From positions 131,502,001 through 131,566,000 of the forward strand of contig NC_042998.1 of NCBI RefSeq assembly GCF_006345805.1: DNA of 64,000 nt, written 5' to 3'. The stretch is from Octopus sinensis (Eukaryota). Of the stretch, positions 1-13,595 are shown piece after piece. Numbering within the stretch: position 1 is the first letter of the stretch; every line of letters begins with the position of its first letter. Below the pieces are notes generated by a model, which had not been told where the DNA came from, searched no databases, and worked only from the letters and a program-made list of their open reading frames with translations. Both the position numbers and the translations under genes were made by a program.

Positions 1-420
1 CAACAACAACAACTACGACTACTACATCCACAGCAACACCAGAAACTACCACTGTTACTACTTGCAGCAGATCAACCACCACAGCTATCGACGTTACTGC
101 AGCCACAACTACTCCAAAAACACATTATTTCTCACCACCACCACCACCACCACCACTACTACTACAACTTCGGTGACAGCCACCACCACCACCACCACCG
201 TAGCAACAATGCTATAACAACCACTGCCAATCGCTACCATCAATCAGTATAACAACAACAGAGACATCCAGCATGTAAATACTACCACAGCTACCAACAT
301 AACCAACAACAGCACCTCACCATAGAATACTACCACCACCACCACCTTCTCTACAAAGGCCACCACATCCACCGTCACCACCCTCGTTACTATCACCACC
401 ACCAGTCATCATCATTAACA
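1..420. repeat. Degenerate trinucleotide low-complexity tract (CAC/AAC/TAC)n
   Basis: Runs of caccaccac, caacaacaa and ctactacta interrupted by point changes. Confidence 0.85.
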
Positions 421-1816
421 TCTTCACTGGTATATTCGCTGCCAACACAGCGTCAAGACCCAACGAAGCAGCTTATAAGTTGATTATCCGACTTGCGAGA
501 AATAGTAACCCAATCTCCCGCAAATTACTTTAGATCTTGGGTTCCATGCGCGTTGAGAAGAAAAAAAAACGGCAGGATGATCACATGTTTTTGTTCATGA
601 GTTAATTTCATTAAGGCTGATAAGATGCTAAATAACAACAACAGTTTCAGCTTCCAAAGAAATTGAATTTTTACGTGCAACCTTATTTCCAAAAGAATGC
701 AAATTTCTCAGTCTAATGTGCGAATGACACAAACTTCATGACCAAGTTTTAGCAACAGGCTAAGTTTCCAATTTTTAATTTCAGATGAAGTCATTCTGCT
801 GCTTCAACTCCAATACCAACATCGAGCTGTTATTTCGGTAATCGCAACATCGATTGAGTCCCATCCATCTGATCTGCTTTTAAAAGGCGTTCCTTGAAGC
901 GAATTCTGCACATCGAACTCTTATATGAAGGGAGAGAGTGATTTTACAGTTGAAGCAGCTCTATAAGGTGAATATTTCATTACCAATACCACATACTTAC
1001 CATACATTGTTTAAACGCCGGAAGCTGCGGTTTATCATCCCGGAAAAATTCCTTTAAAGACATGTAAAACACAAAAATCTCAATATACTTCAGAGCTAGG
1101 AGAAAATGCATTCGTCCCAGAAAAGGTTGCGAGAATGGCAGATACGTATTTTACTGTATTTGCAGCTTATCAATGACATGCACTCAAGTCACTCCGAAAC
1201 GAAATCGAAATCTCTAGATTGAATTTTATACAGAAAGTTTTTATTATTCTCCTTCTTTGGAAGGGACAGGTTTCGCTGGTCAAAATATCTATATAATGTC
1301 AATATTAACTCTGTGGTAATCACAACTTATCGTCGCTGATGAAGCAATGGTTTCTTATTTATTTCCCTAATATTCTTTCACAAAATACCCTCTTAGCTAA
1401 ATATAATTTCGTCACATCTTCGTTTGCATTCATAACGACGATTCAGAAAAAAATACAAGGAATTTTGTCAAAGGCTTTGAAAATTTTATTATCTTGCACT
1501 TGTATTTTATCTTATCTACCCCAAGATGGAGGACAGACGCAGATGACCTTGGTGGAATTTGAAATAATAATATACAAGGATGTGCCATATATCGCATATT
1601 AGTTTATGTCGCACTTCTACGACTCTGCTAATCTACAAGCATTAACATAGTACAGTCAATCAAATCCCCTCTGCATACCTACAAAATTTGTAGCTTTATG
1701 GCAATGTTAGAAATCAATATTTACACCCTACTAAGGTCGACCTCAACTTTCACCCGTCTCAGGTTGATAAACTAAATTAGGGTATTAAAGTCAGTTAGTT
1801 CTGCCACGGGACTATA

Positions 1817-2200
1817 GGCGCAGGAGTGGCTGTGTTGTAAGTAGCTTGCGTGGCATCTTGGGCAAGTGTCTTCTGCTATAGCCTCGGGCCGACCAAAGCC
1901 TTGAGTGGATTTGGTAGACGGAAACTGAAAGAAGCCTGTCGTATATATGTATATATATATATGTATGTGTGTGTATATGTTTGTGTGTCTGTGTTTGTCC
2001 CTCTGGCATTGCTTGACAACCGATGCTGGTGTGTTTACGTCCCCGTCACTTAGCGGTTCGGCAAAAGTGACCGATAGAATAAGTACTGGGCTTACAAAGA
2101 ATAAGTCCCGGGGTCGATTTGCTCGACTAAAGGCGGTGCTTCAGCATGGCCGCAGTTAAAATGACTGAAACAAGTAAAAGAGTAAAAGAGAGTAAAGAGA
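1817..2200 (+). mobile_element. tRNA-derived SINE, family B (CORE-like middle, internal microsatellite, (GAGTAAAA)n tail)
   Basis: ggcgcaggagtggctgtg head, cttgggcaagtgtcttct segment, and catggccgcag...tgaaacaagtaaaagag tail; homologous copies at 17.0, 18.2, 30.4, 36.7, 42.0 and 55.1 kb. Confidence 0.85.
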
Positions 2201-3224
2201 GTTACTCCACTTCTATTGTTCTTAGCCCAAACTCTATTGGGGATGACTTTAACTTTTATCAGCCCTACGTCAATAAAATATGGAGTTCCATAAAATTGTA
2301 AGAATGTTTCATGAGGTTCACTCAGTAAAAAATGCCCATTGTGTTTGTGTTAGACCATACCATTAACTACATGCATATAGTTCACCCAAGCCAAAGAGGA
2401 AGCCGTTACTTGGGTCTTCAACCAGCTAGTAATAGTTGCCAATTCTTCTTCAAATCTCTTTAAACGATATGGTCCTGAGCTCTTTGTACATAAGAAACTG
2501 GAAAGACGGTCATGGCTGAAATGCCTTTCATCATATGGCGGGCGTGGGTCTAAACAACGACAGCAACATAAAGTGAAGTCACTTTGGACGTTGTAGCCCC
2601 TAATACACACAAAGATGTTATGGCCTTGGAATGAAGTCATGGATATATGTCAACTTGGCCAGGACAGACCTAGTTCTAAAGTAGTAGATAGAATGGTTTA
2701 AACACTGTAGAACACATTGTACCGCATCCTAACACTTCTACGTAGTAAATCTTTTCTCTGTCTGACATAATCAGAGGAGTGAGGACAGCGCCTGTGGCCT
2801 TTTCAAGAGCTTCTGAGAAGGACGAAAAGATTGAAAGGCGCTGACAGTTTTCTTCAAACCGAAGGTCTTGTCTGACTCAGCTAAAGACATCTTCGAACCA
2901 TATGATAGGCGTGATGTGCGTGAAGTCGTAAGGTAAAGCAGACTAACCAAAACAAAATCACAATAATAAACATCAACGTGTAACAAATACATTTAACATT
3001 CTCAGTAAAATATGATGAATTAAACTCTAAGTTTAAACATGAAAAAGGGATGTACATATTATCACTATTAAGCTGTATAAATCCAGCAAGATTGCTTTTC
3101 TTCAGCTTTAGAGCTGGTTTGAGCATTAATATACATATCTTCTAAGATGTGTTTCCTTTTAATAAAGAAAACTTGTGAAAAATAAAATAAACATGGAATT
3201 CTTTGTGATATCAGAAAACCGAAA

Positions 3225-3256
3225 TATAAAGATATATATATATATATTATATATAT

Positions 3257-3330
<74 letters not shown>

Positions 3331-3358
3331 ATATAATATATATATATATTATATATAT

Positions 3359-3389
<31 letters not shown>

Positions 3390-3500
3390 ATATATATATA
3401 TATACGTATGTATGTACGTATGTATGTATATATATATATATATACATATATATACATATATATACATATATACATACATACATATGTTTGTCTACATATA
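3225..3500. repeat. (TA)n/(TATG)n microsatellite
   Basis: Directly visible. Confidence 0.95.
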
Positions 3501-3682
3501 TGTAACGTGTACATGTGGTGTGTGTAACACACAGCTGTGCAACTGCAGAAGTAATCAACTACAGAAACCAGTATATTATAAGCTAAATTGAAAACGATGC
3601 TGGTCCGTTTATCAGATAACTGCGAGTTTGGTGCTTCGTGTTTTTCCCTATTTTCTTGTTTACTCATGCTGCTCTTGCCTTG

Positions 3683-3701
3683 CTGCAGCTGATGCAGTTG
3701 C

Positions 3702-3789
<88 letters not shown>

Positions 3790-3828
3790 ATGGCAGCAGT
3801 TGTAGTAGTAGTAGTAGTAGTAGTAACT

Positions 3829-3887
<59 letters not shown>

Positions 3888-3983
3888 TGATGTTGCTGCT
3901 GAACTTAATTTAGTTGTTTCTTTTGCATAGTTCAAACATCCTTGATGATGTAAATGATAATGCTGCTGCTACTGTTGATGATA

Positions 3984-4038
<55 letters not shown>

Positions 4039-4335
4039 TGGATGATGATGATGATGTGGATGATGATCATGTTGTTGTTGCTTTGCTTCTGCTACTGATG
4101 TTATTTTTATCGATAACGTCTTGGAAATGATGTTGTTTGTTGTTGTTGTTGTTATTGCTTGATGTTGTGGTTTTTGTTGACGATTTTGTTGATTTTGTTT
4201 CTCGTAGTGCTTCTTTGATCTTACTTTTGATGTTCTTACCTTGTGTGAGCATTGATACTGTTGTTATTTATACATTTGGTTAAAAGCTGTTTTTGTTACT
4301 GTTCTTGTTGTGGTTGTTGTTGTTGTTGTTGTATA
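3683..4335. repeat. Compound trinucleotide microsatellites (GTA)n, (GAT)n, (GTT)n
   Basis: Directly visible; source of the poly-V and poly-T ORFs. Confidence 0.95.
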
Positions 4336-4428
4336 GATACAGGTCAGCATTGATCAAGCAGAACTATGATCAAAGATGTTCCGTCCGTGACCATTCAGCC
4401 GTTTTTGCTTTGCTTATATATATGTATG

Positions 4429-4478
<50 letters not shown>

Positions 4479-4491
4479 ATATATATATATA

Positions 4492-4999
4492 TCTGTATAT
4501 ATAAAAGGCAGGATGTGTGTGTGTGTGTGTGCGTGTGTACGTGAATGTAGTTTATGCACATCCACAAATTAGTACGCATGCCGCTCAGATTTTAGGAGGA
4601 CATTCGTCACGATCCTAGCTGAATTTTTGTCAAATTATTTTCCCCCGAGGCACCAGCGAATAGCGGTAAAAATAATTTTGAATCATAACTTCTAACAATT
4701 TTCAAGTCGGAGAAATACGCCATTTGCAAATATGAGTTAAGTCAATTTCTAGCGACGGTGTAAGGACAGGGAGAGACAGAGACAGAGAGAGAAAGAGAGA
4801 GAACAGATTTTTAAAATTTCGTCTTTTTAGTGAATGATTGAGAGGCAAAAACAGAGGGATAGGGGTTGTTATGTATGTATGTATGTATGTATGTATGTAT
4901 GTATGTATGTATGTGTGAATGGCCTCAGTCACACACACAAACATGTATGCGTACAAAACACATGTATGCAATATTTCTGTGTGTGTATGTGTGTGTGTG

Positions 5000-5061
<62 letters not shown>

Positions 5062-5727
5062 GCACGAGACACGCTCCTTCGCAAACGACCAGCTATTATT
5101 TTGTAAATAATGTTTCGAAACTGTTCATGGTTTCGAAAGGTGAGATCTGACTCTCACATATCTGTGGGAGAAGATAGGCCTTTCTATTCCTCTTACAAAA
5201 CTTACGTCCGGGTGCCAAATTTACATTTTGTAAACAATGTTTCGAAACTGTTCATGTTTTCGAAAGGAGAGGTCTGACTCTCACATCTCTGTGGGAGAAC
5301 ATAGGCCCCTTCTATTCCTCTTACAAAACTTACGTCCGGGTGCCAAATTTGTATTTTGTAAACAATGCTTTGAAACTCTTCATGTTTTCGAAAGGAGAAA
5401 TCTGACTCTCACATCTTTGTGGGAGAAGGTAGGCCCCTTCTATTTCTCTTACAAAACTTACCTCCGGGTGCCAAATTTGCATTTTGTAAACAATGTTTCG
5501 AAACTGATCGTGTTTTCGAAAGGAGATGTCTGACTCTCACATCTCTGCGGGGGAAGGTAGCCCTCTCTATTCCTTTTACAAAGCTTACGTCCGTGTGCAA
5601 AATTTGCTTCAGTTGATAGTATTACTCGGGTAGGGAGTGGTGGTGGGACAGAGGCAGGGGCAAGGGCGTACAAAAAACATCTATGCAATAGGTGTATGTA
5701 CGTATATCTTTGTATGTGTGTGTGTGC

Positions 5728-5802
<75 letters not shown>

Positions 5803-6543
5803 TTGCCCATATCTATATTCTTAGTTGTGATCTGAACATAGCCGCTTCTCACACAGAGGATTGGAGGTACTTTTGGGCGTTCTATTTTCCTTGCTGGAAG
5901 GGTTCCCAACCCATGGGCAAAGAGGGGTTACATGATGGGGCGGTGTTTTCAAAAGGGTTGGCATATGCAACCTGATCACCTCTACCGATCAAACTCCCAA
6001 CACATGCGCTCCCGTCGCGACACTGATTCTGCAGAACTGGGTTGGATATGAAAACCAACTTTAAAGTATAAATATTGATGCTTTTTAATCAGCAACGTTG
6101 TGTTCGGTTAAGTCCTATTTGGAGTGAAAAATCAATAAACTGATTCCTTATGGGGTTTTCTATTTAATCAGGACAAAAAAATCGATAAACCGATTCCTTA
6201 TAGGATTTCCCACTAAAATTGACTACACCCCATTTTCAACCATCACTTTTACCAATTTTGATATATTTTGTTCAAACTTGATGCCAACATTACTTAGGAC
6301 TCATGGGATCTATGAAGGCTTTAAGTTCTCCAAAAACGAAAAAGAAAATCGCTGAGTGGAAAAAATCGATAAACCGATTCCAATCAAATTGTCAGCAACT
6401 CATTTTCAGTCAAAAGTTTACCAAATTTCAACGGATTTCACTCAAATGTGACAGCGATGTTATTTAGTTTGATTTGAAATAAAGAGCTTGATTAGCATAA
6501 TAATCCTAACTTAATCCCGAGCAAAGCCGGGCTATATTGCTAG
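4492..6543 (+). mobile_element. Putative non-autonomous Helitron-like element (~2.05 kb) with internal microsatellites and a tandem array
   Basis: 5' A|TCTGTATATATAAAAG at 4492; 3' hairpin CCCGAGCAAAGCCGGG, 8 nt spacer, then CTAG|T ending at 6543; both termini match the element at 43086-43484. The 3' end is better supported than the 5' boundary. Confidence 0.62.
5099..5607. repeat. Tandem array of 4 copies of a ~127-128 bp unit
   Basis: ttttgtaaa(c/t)aatg(t/c)tt(c/t)gaaac recurs at 5099, 5226, 5354 and 5482, with conserved tctgactctcacat and cttacaaaacttac...cgggtgccaaattt. Confidence 0.95.
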
Positions 6544-6544
6544 T

Positions 6545-7330
6545 ATACATTATATATATATATACGCATACACACATACATTACACACGTACACACACAC
6601 CTACATACACATGCATACACACACCACACAAACATGCACGGACACACCCAGACATACACACATACACCTATATACACACGCCGCCCACACCTACATACAC
6701 ACACATATACACACGCCCACACACCTACATACACACATACATACACACACATACACGGACACACCACATACATACTTACATACATACACCTATACACCAC
6801 GCCTACACACTACATACACACACATGCATACACCACCACACACATGTACGCACATACACACACATATACGCACATACATATATACCCACACACATGCACA
6901 CACACACACACATACGCACATGCATGCACACGCGCACACCTACACGCATACACACACACACACGCACGTACACATACATACATACACACACGCATACATA
7001 CACCCATACACATACATGCATCCTACACACACATACATACACACTCACACATACATACACACACACACACTCACTCACACACCTGTATGTACGCGCACAC
7101 ACATGCACATACACACACTTCCCCACACCCACACGTACATACATACACACTCACACACCACACACACACACACACACGGACATACATCTATGCACACACA
7201 TACATACACACATACTCACATACATTCATCGGACACACTGCCACCCGGACATACACACAGACACACTCACACATCCACACACATACATACTTACGCACAT
7301 ACTCGCAGGCGCGCGCACGCACGCGCTTGC
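6545..7330. repeat. Highly degenerate (CA)n/(TACA)n tract
   Basis: CA-rich scrambled microsatellite; source of the long H/T-rich ORFs. Confidence 0.9.
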
Positions 7331-7859
7331 GCCGGTTCGCGCACGCATACGCGCCGCAGGCACCTCGCTCTTGGACCCGACAAGACCTCCCGCCCGTTCC
7401 TGGGACCGTCGCGTGTCGTTGGGTTTTCCCACGCCCGTCTCCGCGGGACCACTCTTCCATCTTCCCCTCAGCTGGAGTCCTTTTTCCTTAACCCCCCCTT
7501 TTTCGTTACACACACGCGCACACATATACACACATTGCTTAAATATATACATTACTCTTACACACATTCAATCTACTCGCCATTAATACCACCACGACAC
7601 TGGACACACACACACACTACTACTCAACACACGCTGGCACGCTACATACGCCCCCACCCCTTCCCCTCCCTCCCTTCCTCCTTCTTCTTACTACTGACCT
7701 TGTCTGCTAAGCTGACCACTAGTCTCGCCCTACCTCACACGCCTACACACAGACGCACACACTAACACACACATATATATTTTTGTGTTTTTTCATCTCG
7801 CCTCACACACACACATACCACACGCACACGCACACACTCACACATACACACACATCTGT

Positions 7860-8105
7860 TGCGTTACCAACCTTATCTCCACTCTTTTGCCTTTAAAAAC
7901 CCACTTTGCTCTGTTTTCGTAAATATCCGCCTTTCACCATGTGCAACTCGTAAACACACCAGTCGTCTTTTTTCTCTTTCCCTGTTGCCCGCTCTGGATC
8001 TTTCTTCCTCTCTCTTCCTTCTTTATGTTTCCGACGAAGAGCTCCGCTCGAAACGTCATATCTCCCTGCTTCCATTTCCTGAGCGCCTATTAATAATAAT
8101 ACTGT
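7860..8105 (+). mobile_element. Penelope-like element 3'/pLTR remnant with minimal hammerhead-like motif at 8031-8057
   Basis: Pyrimidine-rich UTR followed by CCGACGA-A-GAGC-TCC-GCTC-GAAACGTC; the same motif class follows the GIY-YIG ORF at 54.35 kb. Confidence 0.6.
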
Positions 8106-8178
8106 AATTGTTCCATTGTTGTTGTTTTTTTGTTTCCCGTTTGGATTAAAATTATATATATATATATATGTGTGTGTG

Positions 8179-8300
<122 letters not shown>

Positions 8301-8499
8301 ACGAATTCTCTTTTAGTCATGATGATAATATGTGCTTCACAAAAGATTTGGCAGCGATTTCTAGCAAGCCAAGCAACCGCAGAGAAGATCACTTTCTACT
8401 TTGGATGATTCAACGGTGTTATTTTTAGCGTCAAGGTCAGCCCCAGCAGACTTATAATCAAAATTGCTGACCTTGTGCCATAATTAGAAACAATATAGC

Positions 8500-8714
8500 T
8501 TTCAAATTTTGGCACAAGGCTAGTAAGTTCGAAGGAGGCGTTAAGGGTCGATTATATCGGCCCCAGTGCTCAAATGGCACTTACTTTATCGACACAGAAA
8601 GATGAAAGCCAAAGTTAACCTCGGCGGAATTTGAATTCAGAACGTAAAGACGTATGGAACGCCGCTAAGCGTTTTGCACGGCTTGCTGACGATTCTGCTA
8701 GCTCGCTTCCTTGA
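8500..8714 (-). mobile_element. tRNA-derived SINE, family A (A2 tail)
   Basis: B-box-like gagttcaaattccgccgagg on the minus strand and tail ccttgtgccaaaatttgaa. Confidence 0.8.
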
Positions 8715-11700
8715 AGTTAGAAAGATTATTAAAAGCGTGTAGTTGCACAGAATGTTTTCATGTAGTTTTGTTACCAGCCTTCCTTTCTGAGTTCATATGT
8801 CATTGACTCTTTCCGGAATCGATAAAATACATACCAATCAAATAATGGCGTCGTCAAAATGTTCGGTAGTTTACTCCTTCCAAAACAGACGGCTTTGTCT
8901 CTTTGTTAGAATTGTGCCAAGCATTGACACTCTCTGCAGAGCGTTTTACCTGTTGTTTAGTTCCAGTTTAGCCGTAGGCGAGTAGACCTATTGTCAAAAC
9001 TCTCCATTCCGTCATTTGTCAGATACGTTGCGCGTTGTATACATTGTTGAAGATGTCTCATTTTTTTAAGAAGCTAGGGGGTAATTTGATAGGGATTTGG
9101 CTGTTGTTTCTAGCAAGTATACCAACCTCTACAGTTGAGATAGGGTACACATTTAGAATCAGGGATTAATATAATTTAGAAGCGCGATCTTGCTGAGAAA
9201 TATAATGAGTTTTTAATTCTATAAATGTACATGTACGCACGCTATCACACTAAGCTAGATTAATTAAAATGTTATAATGCATTAATTAACCAGATAATTA
9301 TTATGCCTTAAATACCGTAACACTAGAGATGCAACAGAGTTTGAAATTCAATAAAACTTCTTGCCTTGCTGATTAATGAGATGGTTGGTTTTTGCTTTCC
9401 TTTAGAAACCTCAGAAATGCTATATGAGACTGATGATGCGGCAATTTTTAATTAGTTTGCAAGATTATTATCACTGAGACTAGCACGCAATTACTTCTTG
9501 GTTAAATTTGACATTGAGAAAATCCATTACATGGTACAAAACAGTGATGCAACTTTTAAATACCCGAATCCTGAAAAATAGATATTTTTCAATAAACTGT
9601 TAAATTTGGATATTAAAGTATCTCATAATGCAAGGATACAGGAGCTGAACCTTGCATGCCATCAAAAGGATTTTCATATATCCATAATTCGGGCTCATGA
9701 TTTTGTAAATGTTGCAATCTTTCGAAATTGATGTAAACGATCGAAATATTCTTTTACATACACCACCATCGGACCTGTTTTGTGTGCCTTGTTTCAGAAA
9801 CTTTACTATGCAGTAGAGTTTTACAGTTGACTTACGAATAATTGTGTCATTGATTCAAAGCTTTTGATTTAATATGCACAGGTCTCAGTGAGTATTTAAA
9901 CTCTTTGAAGTGTTTGAAGATGCAACCTTTTGCTTAATTTTCAAACTTCATGATGGTACAATCATTCGTCGTATTTAAATATTTTTTATGACGTTAATTT
10001 ATTTTGTTACCACTTTCCTCATATGGTTCATTAGAAGAGAATGGGCAAAAATTGTGCTGTTGAATATGACGATTACACACTATAAATTGATTGACTAGTC
10101 TCTGATTCTTGCTTGAATAAGCAACAAGTCCTCTTTTAGATCCTAACATAGAAACCATCTGTAATTATGCTGCTTAGCTGAAACTGCTTGCGCTGATTTG
10201 ACCCCAGAAAAAAGTTACACAATAAAGCAAGCAAATCTTTGTGTTTTTCTTAATGTTGTCGTTTTCCCACGTACACATATAGCCAACGGTGCTATATTTA
10301 CTATACCTGCTATCGCATCTACAACAACTGAAAACAGCACAAATTCTGAGACTGCTTATTTCAAAGAGTCTTGGTTATAGTTAGCCAGGCCTCGCAATGA
10401 TAAAAAACTAACCTTCATCATAAGCTAATAGTTTCAAATGATCTGAGATTTACTGAAGTTAAGATTTGCACAACAACCACTGTACACCTCTAGCTTTCAT
10501 ATGGAGTTTTACTTCCTTTGCAATTAACTGGCACAAGCTATAGCTTGCTTGCGTTCAGAGATACTTTCATTACTGTATCTTTACAAAATAGATCGTTGTT
10601 TTCATAAAACGTCTTTTGTAAATTGCTAGATTGTCTAACGCGGAGTCCCTTTAAGGGTTTCGCATTTCTTTATTTCGTTGACGATTTGTACTTTGTATAA
10701 ACTGCAACCGAATTTTTACAAATACGCTACAGTTTGTAATTACATCTGTGTAAATGTAAATATCGGAGCCCATTTGTCATCAACGAAGAACTTTTGTCGG
10801 CACTTTTTTTTTTCTGCTAGTACTAGCCATTGCAGAAAAAGTGTATTGTACGTACATTGCGATTTTAATGTGAAATAAACAATTGGAAACTGAACCGTAA
10901 ACGTTGCGAGCATTCAACATTTTTGCACTTAATTTATAATGACAACACCGACAACCAGCCTAAACAATAATTAAATTCACTCTGACTATTCATCACCAAT
11001 AACAGTACCTAATAAGACAGAATAAATGCATGCAAGTGAGGATTTTCGAAAGCAGAAAACAAATGCTTAAACGCTAAATGCTAATTAGTTATAATAATGG
11101 TGTGACATCTTAACTCCGATTTATTCTGTTTTATGATTGATAACTCAAGATATGCATTATGGCTAACATAAATTTGTTCACATCTGACGCAAGTGTTGAA
11201 TATAATTATGTTAAATTAGTTTTTTTTTTTCTTTTCTTCTTTTTTTTATACGAGCTTTTAGAAAATTTCAGTGGTTTTAGCTATTAATGCAATGTATTTT
11301 CGTAGCCGCAGAGGATTCCTTACTATGGTGTTTAGTTACGGGTCGATGTTGCAGTTCGTTACACTTGAATGGACGAAATAAGTACTAGTTAAAGACTAGC
11401 GCCGATATGATGGTTTATTAACCTCCTGTAAACTAGTTGCTCTTGTTTCCGTGTTAGTAATCAGTATTAAGTGTAATTGCTACTAATAACGATACACTTT
11501 GGTGCATTAAACACCAGTGAAGCATTGAGATAAGTTCAATCAACTACAACAGCTATAATATGCGTAGCATTCCGTTTATGTAAAGAAAACAAATCATAAG
11601 AATACATCAGCAACACATTAATGTTTATTGCTAATATATTTTCAAACTTTTTCATTCTTAAAATATGCAGGACGATTGTTGAAACACAATTTGTTTACAT

Positions 11701-11844
11701 GAAAAATAAACAAATGAAATTGAAAAACAGGAGTTCAAATATATATAAAAATCGGGAAAACAAACATTCCTCTGACCTGGCAGAATCTTTAGAGATTTGG
11801 CAAGTAAAAAGATTGCATCACGCTATTTATTTTGACTTTCTGAA

Positions 11845-11995
11845 TTTTTGAGTTCAGATCCCGATGAGATCAGCTTTGCCTTTTAGCCTTTCCGGAGATA
11901 TAAAATCAAGTAGCAATCAAGTACTGAGATCGATGGTATCAATATACCCCTCCCATCAAAATTATTGGCTTTGCGCTTAAATAAGAAAACATTAT
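11845..11995 (+). mobile_element. Diverged family A SINE fragment
   Basis: gagttcagatcccgatgagatcagctttgccttttagcctttcc...cccctcccatcaaaatt aligns to family A. Confidence 0.6.
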
Positions 11996-12334
11996 TATTA
12001 TTATTATTGGTGGTGTGATATTTTTGTTACTGCGGATAGCCGTGATGAACTAAAATACTTATATGTTGTACAGGATCGTCTTACTAACATGAGGAGAGAG
12101 AATTATAGTGTGGTGTACGTGTACGAGATCTACTTTCACATATTTGTAATAACAGTGCATATTTTATTGTACGGCTTTAGAGATTTCTACGGTGAATTAA
12201 ACTCAGAAACGAGAGACATCGAATAACAACGTATAACTTACCACTACTGTTCACGAAACCATTGGCGTCTGGCAGATACTTCACTTATTCTATACCACAT
12301 TATTCTACTGAACACACAAACACACACAAAGAGT

Positions 12335-12368
12335 CGATCATATATATATATATATATAATATATATAC

Positions 12369-12414
<46 letters not shown>

Positions 12415-13106
12415 TATATAATATATAACATATACATATATATATATATACATACATACATACAAACATACATACATCATATATACATACATACATACAT
12501 ACACCATACATACATACATATATACATACATATGTTAACATGTATACGTAAAAATACGCGCATGCCAAGACATTCATTCACACAGTCTCAAACTCGAGTA
12601 CGCAATGACAATGTGCTCGCGCTCACACATACAATAACTACGCTCATACACACGTACGCAAGCATGCTCATTCGCATATATACATCACACAAACATATAC
12701 CTGTACACTCTCTATCGCGCGCACACACACACACACACGCACGAATCACACAAACATGTGCGCGCGCACACAGCCTCACTTACTCATGTTCAAGCGAACG
12801 TACACACGAACACTGTGAAACAATGAACCTAACACCTGTTTAGAAATATATTCACATAAAAACGCCCCTTTCAACAATTCTCACGTCTCTGCCGGAGAGG
12901 GCTGACAGCACACACTTTCAGTTCTATTTCCGCCATTCTCTCTCTCACCTCCTCTCTCTCTCACTCTCTCTCTCTCTCTCTCACAAACTCATGCGCACGC
13001 ACGTACTCAAACACACACACTCACACACATACACACGAGCATGCGCGTACACACACTGGCTCTACTTATCTACGTATGTGTATGTGCCTTGTATTTGTCC
13101 ACACAC

Positions 13107-13142
<36 letters not shown>

Positions 13143-13261
13143 TGGCGCGCGTGTGGAGTATCTCCCTCCCTCTCTCTCTCTCTCTCCCTATAATATATAT
13201 ATATATATATACATACATACATACATACAGACATATATATATGTATGTATATATACATATA

Positions 13262-13310
<49 letters not shown>

Positions 13311-13511
13311 ATATATGTATATATATGTATATATATGTATATATATATATATGTATATATATATATAGTATACTATATATATATATATATGATATATGAT
13401 ATATGATATATATATATAATATATATATATATATATAGAAAATATATATGATATAGTATATATATATATATAAATTATATATATATATATATAATATATA
13501 TATTATATATA

Positions 13512-13593
<82 letters not shown>
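12335..13593. repeat. Microsatellite-rich block: (TA)n, (TACA)n, (CA)n, (CT)n
   Basis: Directly visible, interspersed with short unique segments. Confidence 0.85.

Positions 13594-13595
<2 letters not shown>

Noticed and set aside
780-1300. Possible Helitron Rep relic (TPEAAVY...)
   Set aside because: Similarity too weak to support without a database search
3068-3935. Poly-YI, poly-V and poly-T ORFs (and similar ORFs throughout the window)
   Set aside because: Pure microsatellite translations
5099-5607. CRISPR-like regular repeat
   Set aside because: Units are homologous along their whole length with no unique spacers, there are no cas genes, and the context is eukaryotic
6537-7765. Long ORFs of 285-384 aa rich in H/T/Y
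   Set aside because: Translations of degenerate (CA)n; stop codons are absent for compositional reasons
9300-10450. Possible hAT transposase relic
   Set aside because: Only vague peptide resemblance with many stops; no diagnostic motif could be aligned
10560-10900. 3' UTR-like segment with AATAAA and a short hairpin
   Set aside because: AATAAA and 8-9 bp stems are common by chance in AT-rich DNA; no upstream coding exon found
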